Part shown: in pieces, positions 8,518-15,155 of the stretch
Layout: each line of letters starts with the position of its first letter
How positions within the stretch are numbered: position 1 is the first letter of the stretch
NCBI GenBank assembly: GCA_963677895.2
Contig: CAXXGJ010000013.1
Coordinates: 1 to 17,009, forward strand
Direction of reading: 5' to 3'
Origin: Treponemataceae bacterium
GTDB taxonomy: Bacteria; Spirochaetota; Spirochaetia; Treponematales; Rectinemataceae
DNA: 17,009 nt
Notes under the pieces: generated by a model
Told to the model about the DNA's origin: nothing
The model's input: the letters and a program-made list of their open reading frames with translations, nothing else
Databases searched by the model: none
Program-made: the position numbers and the translations under genes

Positions 8518-9888
8518 TTACCTTCCTAGGTACTCCATCGCTTTATCATATACGGGATCGATTCCTTTTTTCAGGTCTTCAATTGTTTCATGAACCCTGA
8601 TATCGGGCAATATCGAAGCGCCTTCCTTGGCGAGCATTTCTTTATTGGCTCTTGCCCAGATATAGTGGGTTGTCGCGAACTTTATTTTCGTATATGGCAA
8701 GGTAATGGGATCGGACATGAAACCATAGCGAATGGAACCGTTCCCGACTTGGTCGCCTATGATGATTCCTAAATCATTGTCTTTGATCGCGACGACGAAA
8801 AAAGTCGCCGAGCTGAATGTTTGACGACTTGTTAAAACAACGATTTTTCCCGTAAAGGAAAGTTCGCTATTTTTTGGTACCATATGCCAAAGCCCTTTGG
8901 AGATTTTAACATTTCCATGTGGATAATTGGATTTCCAGCCATCGTAGACATAGAGATCCCTAGGCTTATCGATGATATACGAAAGAAATTCATTGCACCA
9001 GAAGCTGTTTCCTCCGGAATTATTCCTTAGATCAAGAATAAGGGAGGCTGCTTTATTCTTTTGCGCGAAAACGAACGCTTCATGCCAAAACTCGGAATAG
9101 CCTGTTTGAGGCAAAGAATTTAGCTGCACATATAAACTGTTCGAATCTGGAATAATGGTGTACGTATTGCCGGGCTTTATTTCAGTAGTATCGTTTCGGA
9201 ATTTTGCCGGGATAGCGTATGCGCTTGAGGCCGAAGGGAAGGTACATGCTAAGGTAATATTCCTTTTCTCATCATTTTGTACCACAGTTAGCTTAACTTC
9301 CTCTCTTTCATTCATCAACCCCAAATGAAGAAGAAGGAAATTGGATAGCATCAGGTCAGGGCTATACACTTTCTTATAGTCATCCTGGCCCATATCCGCG
9401 GGAATAAACTGATTGGCGATTTTTTCTATTTCCCCAACTGGCTTGCCGGATATGGCAATAATTTCCGAATAAAGAATATTGGTGGCCGAGGAATCAGTGA
9501 CAGAAATAATGACGAGCTTATTATCAAACCACCAAGCGCCAATGCCCATAGATTTTCCAACCGATGTATTGATTCTCGTGTGTCCGTCCCGCAACGAAGT
9601 GATGAATGGCCCGATTTCGTAATAGAAATCAGATGCATTGCTGACATTCTTAAGCCTCTGCGCAGTCATGGCGACTAGCTCGTCATAGTCATGAGATGAA
9701 ATTGTCTGTAAAGGAGTCTTGTAAAAACCAGCATGATTTTTACGAACGTAATCAGCAAGCACTAAAAAATCCTTTTGGTAGGGATTCTCCGCGTCGATAT
9801 TTTTATAGACATATGGATTTGATGTACAGGAAGATAAAAAAACAATAAGTATCATTATAAAAAGATGGATTCTTGATTGCGTTGACAT
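8518..9888 (-). CDS. S41 family (tail-specific) peptidase, predicted lipoprotein; cassette 4
   Basis: Lipobox-like FLSSC, DGHT, LILDLRNNSGG, TFSSA (catalytic Ser region), IIGDQVG and ILPDI. RBS GGAGG. Confidence 0.88.
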   Translation of the reverse strand: MSTQSRIHLFIMILIVFLSSCTSNPYVYKNIDAENPYQKDFLVLADYVRKNHAGFYKTPLQTISSHDYDELVAMTAQRLKNVSNASDFYYEIGPFITSLRDGHTRINTSVGKSMGIGAWWFDNKLVIISVTDSSATNILYSEIIAISGKPVGEIEKIANQFIPADMGQDDYKKVYSPDLMLSNFLLLHLGLMNEREEVKLTVVQNDEKRNITLACTFPSASSAYAIPAKFRNDTTEIKPGNTYTIIPDSNSLYVQLNSLPQTGYSEFWHEAFVFAQKNKAASLILDLRNNSGGNSFWCNEFLSYIIDKPRDLYVYDGWKSNYPHGNVKISKGLWHMVPKNSELSFTGKIVVLTSRQTFSSATFFVVAIKDNDLGIIIGDQVGNGSIRYGFMSDPITLPYTKIKFATTHYIWARANKEMLAKEGASILPDIRVHETIEDLKKGIDPVYDKAMEYLGR

Positions 9889-9902
9889 TATTCCTCCAAT
9901 TA

Positions 9903-10027
9903 ATCTAACGTTGGCTTAACCTTTAAAGCCTGGCCCGAGCTACTGCGAGGGATTGGCGTGCTTTCTAAATAGGATTCCTGCACAAACCATGACAAAAGGC
10001 TATATAAGGTTGAAGCAGTTGTTAGTT
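9903..10027 (-). repeat. attC site (125 bp)
   Basis: Minus strand: R'' AACTAAC, 5 nt, L'' CTTCAACC ... L' GGTTAAG, 5 nt, R' GTTAGAT. L'' has the extra unpaired base typical of attC. The site starts 5 nt after the HNH stop. Confidence 0.9.
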
Positions 10028-10032
10028 ATCTC

Positions 10033-10758
10033 CTATTGAATACTATTTATTGTGTTCTTGACTTCATCAATAGTATATGCCGGTTTCTTTCTATGTATAA
10101 TTGAATGACAATTAGGACAAAGCGGCCTTAAATCTTTAATCGGATCTACTTTATACTCATGCCTTATTGTTGATAATTCAATAATATGATGAACTTGTAT
10201 ATAATCTGCTCCAAGTATTCCATATACTTCTGAAAGTACTATTCCGCAAACAAAACATCTATTTCCATAATACTCTATACACTTTTTTCTTGCTTTCAAA
10301 TCTCTTTCATAAATATTTACATAGACTTTTTTTGCTTTTCCTTCAATATAGTCATCTTCACTTTCTGTTAACAAATAATTTTCTTCAATATTATTTATTA
10401 GACTATTATACTTTTGCCATATTTCTCGAATTCCATTAATTTTACCTTTCCCTAAATTTTCGAAGTAATCTATGTGCTTTATAACTGAGGATAAAGCGAC
10501 TTTTAGTACAGATAAACCTTCTTCATTATAAATATGGTTAAGATAATATTCAGTGGCATATTCTTGCATTGTCCGAGAGTAATATTTCCCCGTATGCATA
10601 TATTTATAATTATTAATATAAAATGTTGCTGAACTTCTATTAATATTATGTTTATTCCATAATTCATCCAATTCTGATGAAAGTGTATTACTATTGCTAT
10701 TTACTTTTTTTGCAGAGTTATACAGATCTTTGATCATTGCTTCAGTAATTTTAGACAT
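10033..10758 (-). CDS. HNH endonuclease, McrA-like (candidate type IV restriction enzyme); cassette 3
   Basis: C-terminal EG...YERD-xx-AR-xx-C...CFVC...IQVHH...DLRPLCPNCHSIIH zinc-HNH. RBS AAGGAG. Confidence 0.9.
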   Translation of the reverse strand: MSKITEAMIKDLYNSAKKVNSNSNTLSSELDELWNKHNINRSSATFYINNYKYMHTGKYYSRTMQEYATEYYLNHIYNEEGLSVLKVALSSVIKHIDYFENLGKGKINGIREIWQKYNSLINNIEENYLLTESEDDYIEGKAKKVYVNIYERDLKARKKCIEYYGNRCFVCGIVLSEVYGILGADYIQVHHIIELSTIRHEYKVDPIKDLRPLCPNCHSIIHRKKPAYTIDEVKNTINSIQ

Positions 10759-10789
10759 CTTTTCTCCTTTTTTTTCGCCAAAGGCGTCT

Positions 10790-10890
10790 TTCTAACATTT
10801 GTTTAACCTGCAAGGCCGTGTATTGGTGCATATTCTGCTGAGGAGCGTAGCGATCACAGGCAAAAAGTGTGACAATAGCATTGTCAGGTT
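10790..10890 (-). repeat. attC site lacking R'' and start of L''
   Basis: R' GTTAGAA and L' GGTTAAA are intact, and the arms AACCTG-CAA/TTG-T-CAGGTT and TATTG/CAATA pair. There is no AAC triplet at the expected R'' position (about 10900-10906), and the Shedu stop codon lies inside the arm. Confidence 0.75.
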
Positions 10891-12077
10891 TCTGACTCTT
10901 TAACAATGAATGATGCCCTTTCGAATAATTCATCATATGTTATTATTTCTATTCCACTAATGCTACGGCGAAATAATTCAAATGACGAGTATTTACTTTC
11001 ATTTATTCCATTATCAGTAACAAATTCATCTAAAGACCCAATAACCAAAAAAGCTCTTGGCTTATACAAAAACAATTGTTCACCAGTAAGATTATCTTCT
11101 ACATCTTTAACTTCTATTTTTGTTTTTATGTTTTCAATTGATCTTTGAATAGTTCGCTGCACTTGAGCAATAGCACCGGCTAATTCATCAGAAATTGCCC
11201 AGCTTTCACCACGATACGCATCTTTTATTTGCTTTAATAGTTGAGCTTTATGCGTTTTAATTTCAGCAAAACAAATTGAATTAATAATACCTCGTGTTTT
11301 TAATAAGGCATCAATTCGTTTTCCTCTTTGAAAAACAGTTGCACCACTCATAACTTGTTCAAGTTTTTTACCGTCTAGTGCTGCATTAAAAATATAGCTT
11401 AGTCCATATCCCATGATCCAAGTATTTAGTTCGAAATATTGTTGCCAAACAGATTCATCTCCATGACATTCGTGTTCAGCTTTGTAAGTGTCAAAATACA
11501 ATTCATCTTCAAGTAATTGCTTAAAAACTTCTAATTGTTGCTTTCTATATCCTAAAGCGACAATATCTTTTTTTGTGATATTATGTTTAATTGCATCAAT
11601 CAAAATATCTTGATTATCATTAACAATTCTAGAAGCTTGTTCCACTGAGAGCAAAACAGCATCCAATGCTGAATCATCGATTATTATTTTGTCTTGATTA
11701 TTTAAATTTGATTCATACAACCCCTTAAGAAAATTATACAGGTTTCTAATCTCAGAATCATGAAATGAATATGCTGATTTATGTGGATTTCCGGTATCAA
11801 CTGAAAATGTTTGAATTATCAAATCTTGTACTTGACGAGGATCTTCTATTAGTAATGCCTTCAACTGGTGTTTTCCGCCATGCTTTATTGCTAATAGGAT
11901 TTCATTCTTAACCTTAATGAATATCTTCTGTTCATCACTTTCCGTGACTTTATGAGCAAAGCGTTTTTTCTTTCCAGTAAATTTATCAGTAAACTCTCTT
12001 GATATATATAATCTTCCTTTTAAGCGTTGTTGAAAATATGAGTAATCTTCGGTATTGTATTCAGTATCAATAGCCAT
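10884..12077 (-). CDS. sduA: Shedu anti-phage nuclease SduA (DUF4263); cassette 2
   Basis: ESVWQQYFELNTWIMG, RIDALL, EIKT (PD-D/ExK), ELAGAIAQVQ, PRAFLVIG and FELFRR-EIITYDEL are the hallmark DUF4263 motifs. Confidence 0.92.
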   Translation of the reverse strand: MAIDTEYNTEDYSYFQQRLKGRLYISREFTDKFTGKKKRFAHKVTESDEQKIFIKVKNEILLAIKHGGKHQLKALLIEDPRQVQDLIIQTFSVDTGNPHKSAYSFHDSEIRNLYNFLKGLYESNLNNQDKIIIDDSALDAVLLSVEQASRIVNDNQDILIDAIKHNITKKDIVALGYRKQQLEVFKQLLEDELYFDTYKAEHECHGDESVWQQYFELNTWIMGYGLSYIFNAALDGKKLEQVMSGATVFQRGKRIDALLKTRGIINSICFAEIKTHKAQLLKQIKDAYRGESWAISDELAGAIAQVQRTIQRSIENIKTKIEVKDVEDNLTGEQLFLYKPRAFLVIGSLDEFVTDNGINESKYSSFELFRRSISGIEIITYDELFERASFIVKESET

Positions 12078-12110
12078 TCTTTATCTTTTTCTCCTCGGTC
12101 CGAAGGGTCA

Positions 12111-12176
12111 ACCTAACATTGGCTTAACCTTTAAATCCGTGCCAAAGGATTTATAAGGTTGAAGCAGTTGTTTGGC
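12111..12176 (-). repeat. attC site (66 bp)
   Basis: Minus strand: R'' GCCAAAC, AACTG, L'' CTTCAACC, TTATAAATCC loop GGATTTAAA, L' GGTTAAG, CCAAT, R' GTTAGGT. This is a near-perfect hairpin with two extrahelical bases. Confidence 0.93.
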
Positions 12177-12189
12177 AGATCTTAATTAT

Positions 12190-13302
12190 TTATTCTTCAG
12201 ATTTAGTATTTACTATTCTAAATGGCTGAGGAATTGTTTTTTCAGGTTCTTTTCTTGCATTTTTTAAATAATCAGTAATGCTTTTCTTTAAATCGACTCC
12301 CCATGTTGGATTTCTTTGATCATATATAATTACCCTTAAGTGCCGTAGATCGAATGGCACATCCTCCAAATTTCCTGAAATAAATATAACTGGTTTTGAT
12401 TTTGCATGTGACAATCCTAACTCATAAAATACATTCGGATTTTTTCCGGTTAAATCAGCTAACAACACTTTTGCCTTAACAATTTGTTCCCAAACTTGTT
12501 CAATAACGCTTCCTGATGAAAATAAGCTATCTGCTCTGATTGGCTCGTATCCAGCATCCTTAATTGCTGGTGCATAAAGGTCCTGATAATACTTATCAAA
12601 CCAATCACCAAATGGCATTAAAACAAAACAAGAATCCAAAAACTCTCTTGTACTAATTGGTTCTTTACTTATTATAGCTTCATCATTCCGAATTATCTCT
12701 CTAGTTGTTTTTTTAATGTCTAGAGGTTCATCAATTTTTTCCACTGGTGCAAATGCTTTTAAATACTCTAAATTGCTTTTATAATTTTTTATAAATGTTT
12801 CAACACGATCTCTTTGAACAGAAAACTCTTTTACTATAGTATTTATAAAGAATTCATCTTCTGGTGGTTTCTTACCTTTATAAAACTCATAAACATTTTT
12901 AAATAGATCAACATTCAAAAAAGAATCCATTAACGCTTTTTGGCGAATAGTTGAAGAAACTGGAGAAACTATATTTGATCCAATTTCTGTTATAGTAACT
13001 CTTACTTTAACACCAGATCCATCAACGAGACCATATAAATTTGCTGATCTAAGTTGTTCTCTAAATCTCCAATCTCCTGACTTATTAAAGCCAACAGCTT
13101 TTGCTAAATCTTCTGAATCAACCGGATTACCGGCATACTTTTCTTCTATAGCTTTTGGTATTTCTAAAGCTTCTTCAAGTGTCTGCTTCGGAAAATTCCA
13201 AGGAGAGTTGTTTTCAGTCTTTTTCTTATTTACTTTTTCAACAATAGGTTCAATTTCTTGTGCTTTATTTTCTATTTTACCTTCAGTCTGCTCAGTACTC
13301 AT
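12190..13302 (-). CDS. Winged-helix-like N-terminus fused to nucleoside 2-deoxyribosyltransferase/TIR-like domain; cassette 1
   Basis: C-terminal CFVLMPF...IRAD...LADLTGKNPNVFYELGLSHA...VPFDLRHLRVIIY. N-terminal FPKQTLEEAL...LAKAVG...SANLYGLV...ITEIG. ATG 13302 follows AAGGAGA. Confidence 0.8.
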   Translation of the reverse strand: MSTEQTEGKIENKAQEIEPIVEKVNKKKTENNSPWNFPKQTLEEALEIPKAIEEKYAGNPVDSEDLAKAVGFNKSGDWRFREQLRSANLYGLVDGSGVKVRVTITEIGSNIVSPVSSTIRQKALMDSFLNVDLFKNVYEFYKGKKPPEDEFFINTIVKEFSVQRDRVETFIKNYKSNLEYLKAFAPVEKIDEPLDIKKTTREIIRNDEAIISKEPISTREFLDSCFVLMPFGDWFDKYYQDLYAPAIKDAGYEPIRADSLFSSGSVIEQVWEQIVKAKVLLADLTGKNPNVFYELGLSHAKSKPVIFISGNLEDVPFDLRHLRVIIYDQRNPTWGVDLKKSITDYLKNARKEPEKTIPQPFRIVNTKSEE

Positions 13303-13335
13303 TTTATCTCCTTTCATTGTCTTGAATATTATTCT

Positions 13336-13352
13336 GCCTAACAATAATTAGA
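13336..13352 (-). other. Core recombination site at array head (attI-like or secondary attG-type site)
   Basis: The minus strand reads TCTAA-TTATT-GTTAGGC, a perfect GTTRRRY with no upstream attC hairpin. GTTAGGCAGA is complementary (9/10) to TCTGCCAAAC at the other end of the same cassette. Confidence 0.7.
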
Positions 13353-13379
13353 AGGTTCTTTAATATTACTCCTGTGTGA

Positions 13380-13835
13380 TCACCATTGATTCAGCTTCCT
13401 TAACGCTACTAGTGCCCTATCCAATCCATCCGCAAACTGCTTAGTATCCTTGGCTATCCTATGCGACCCTTTAGGCGAGGCCGGCGCCATGCCCAAAAAG
13501 CGGAGCTCGGCGGCGGCGTCGCGGAGGGAGCGGCGCTCGGAGGCGTTTTCTTTGGTGTAGAGTTCGCCACAGTCGTTGATCGCGGCAATGCCCGCTTCCG
13601 CGAGGCGCTCGGCGAAGGGGATGTCGCGGGTGACGACGAGGTCGCCTAACGCGGCGTTTCCTTCGATGAAATGGTCGGCGGCGTCAGGTCCCGCGGGCAC
13701 GAGGGTTGCGAGGGCTGGGGGAACGTCGGGGAGCTTGCGGGCCGAGACGAAGCGCACAGGGATGTTTGCGCTTCGGCGCACAAGGATAGGGCGGATGTCG
13801 CGCGGGGCGCTGTCCCCATCCACCCAGATCGTCAT
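13380..13835 (-). CDS. yaiI: YaiI/YqxD (DUF188/UPF0178) family protein
   Basis: MTIWVDGDSAP, GPDAADHFI, GDLVVTRDIPFA and C-terminal FADGLDR. ATGA overlap with the manA stop. Confidence 0.9.
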   Translation of the reverse strand: MTIWVDGDSAPRDIRPILVRRSANIPVRFVSARKLPDVPPALATLVPAGPDAADHFIEGNAALGDLVVTRDIPFAERLAEAGIAAINDCGELYTKENASERRSLRDAAAELRFLGMAPASPKGSHRIAKDTKQFADGLDRALVALRKLNQW

Positions 13836-15088
13836 GGCGACGCCTCGGGATCTAAATGAGAGGAGGCGAGGGAGCCTACGCGAGCGCGGTAGACCGTGCA
13901 GGGACCGCGAAGGGAATAGGATTTGCAGGCCGCGCCTACGAAGACGGATTCGCCTCGCTTGAGGATGATGGATGGATTGGCGCCGGAAGAGCAGTCGATG
14001 GTGGCCTGGCCCGCGGTGCAAAGAAGAATTTCGGGACCGTTTGGCTTCACTTCGGCGTGCTTCTGGTCGGAAAGATCGAAGCGCGAGAGGGCGAATTCGC
14101 GCGCCGGTGTAGGCCAGAAAACCTCGCGCGCGCCGGAAATACCGGCGACGGGCTCGATGAGCGTAGGCTCGGCCTTGAAATCGAGGGTGCCGAGGAGATC
14201 GTCGACATCGACATGTTTATGTGTGAGCCCGCCTCGGATCACGTTGTCGGAAGTGGCCATAATCTCGAGAATCGTCCCCTTCAGATACGCATGCATGACG
14301 CCAGCGGGAATATAGATGCCCTGCCCGGGCTCAAGGAAAAGCACATTCATGAAAAGCGGGGAGATCGCGCCCGGATCGTGGGGATAGTGCTGAAAGCACA
14401 TAAGGACGGTTTGTCCGGCGATTCTCGCGCCCTCATCCTCGCTCTTCGCGAGATCCCGCGCTCGGGAAGTCGCTTTAATTTCGAGCAGCGTCCTTTCTTT
14501 ATCGCGCAGGGCGAGGGCCTTCCCCAGAAGACCGCGCAGCGAGGCTTCAGCGTCGAGGGCCGAAAAACCGAAATACCCGCAGAGCTCGGGACCCAGCAAT
14601 TCCGCGGCCTCGCCCGCGCTCCTGAAACCGCAGAGCGCAGAAAAAGGCGAAAGGGCGACAGCCAGCTCGGGCTTGTGGTTCCTATCCTTGTAGTCGCGCT
14701 CGGGCGCCGATCGCGGCAGGCCGCGTTTTTCCTCGCGCTCGAAACCGATAGCTGCCCGCGCCTTGTCAGGGTGCACCTGAATGGAAAGGGGCATCGAGGC
14801 GGAAAGCGCCTTGAAAAGGAAGGGCAGGTCGTCGAACTCGGCGAAAACCTCCTCGCCGAGACTCTTCATGGGATTGTCGTGGATGTACTTCGGCAGAGGA
14901 AGAGCCTTGCCGTCCGGCAGGAGGAGAGAGGATGGAGCGTCCGGATGCGAGCCCATCCAGCATTCGGCCGAAGGCTTCCCTGAGTCGGTGACGACGCCGG
15001 CATAGAGCGAAAGTCCGTTATAGCTCCCCCACGCGTAGTTTCGTATCGTGTTTTCGAGCTTGAAAACGGGGGCCGAGGTATCTTTCAT
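13832..15088 (-). CDS. manA: Mannose-6-phosphate isomerase, class I
   Basis: YAWGS, AECWMGSHP, LPFLFK, PLSIQVHP, YKDRNHKPEL, HAYLKG and EIMATSDNVIRGGLT. The start at 15088 follows AAGGA. Confidence 0.96.
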   Translation of the reverse strand: MKDTSAPVFKLENTIRNYAWGSYNGLSLYAGVVTDSGKPSAECWMGSHPDAPSSLLLPDGKALPLPKYIHDNPMKSLGEEVFAEFDDLPFLFKALSASMPLSIQVHPDKARAAIGFEREEKRGLPRSAPERDYKDRNHKPELAVALSPFSALCGFRSAGEAAELLGPELCGYFGFSALDAEASLRGLLGKALALRDKERTLLEIKATSRARDLAKSEDEGARIAGQTVLMCFQHYPHDPGAISPLFMNVLFLEPGQGIYIPAGVMHAYLKGTILEIMATSDNVIRGGLTHKHVDVDDLLGTLDFKAEPTLIEPVAGISGAREVFWPTPAREFALSRFDLSDQKHAEVKPNGPEILLCTAGQATIDCSSGANPSIILKRGESVFVGAACKSYSLRGPCTVYRARVGSLASSHLDPEASP

Positions 15089-15155
15089 GATGTCGATTTT
15101 CCTTGCATCGCCTCGCATTGTACCAGCGCTGTCGAGATGGGGCAAGGAAAAAGCG

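Larger units (their letters stand above)
8491..13342 (-). mobile_element. Integron gene-cassette array without integrase in window (CALIN-like), 4 cassettes
   Basis: AT-rich block of four co-oriented ORFs. Each is preceded by a GTTAGRN core site plus RBS and followed by a complete or partial attC hairpin. Confidence 0.88.

Noticed and set aside
10775..10787. Small hairpins in cassette leaders (CGCC-AAA-GGCG here; a similar weak one near 12093-12105)
   Set aside because: Stems of 4-5 bp could be chance, so no regulatory role can be supported.
10751..10936. 61-aa ORF between Shedu and HNH
   Set aside because: It overlaps the Shedu end and runs through the attC hairpin, with no recognisable motif or RBS.
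9903..12176. Repeats as CRISPR, REP elements or simple terminators
   Set aside because: They are separated by whole genes rather than short spacers, no cas genes are present and there are no poly-T tails. The core-site and extrahelical-base geometry fits attC.
13303..13344. TTG start at 13344 for the wHTH-NDT gene
   Set aside because: It straddles the recombination core site. ATG 13302 has a good RBS inside the cassette.
12190..13379. Retron, CBASS or Thoeris system around the NDT/TIR-like gene
   Set aside because: There is no reverse transcriptase, msr/msd region, cyclase or ThsA-like partner in the window.
13836..14021. N-terminal extension of yaiI (213-aa ORF)
   Set aside because: It overlaps manA in another frame, and family similarity begins at MTIWVDGD (13835).
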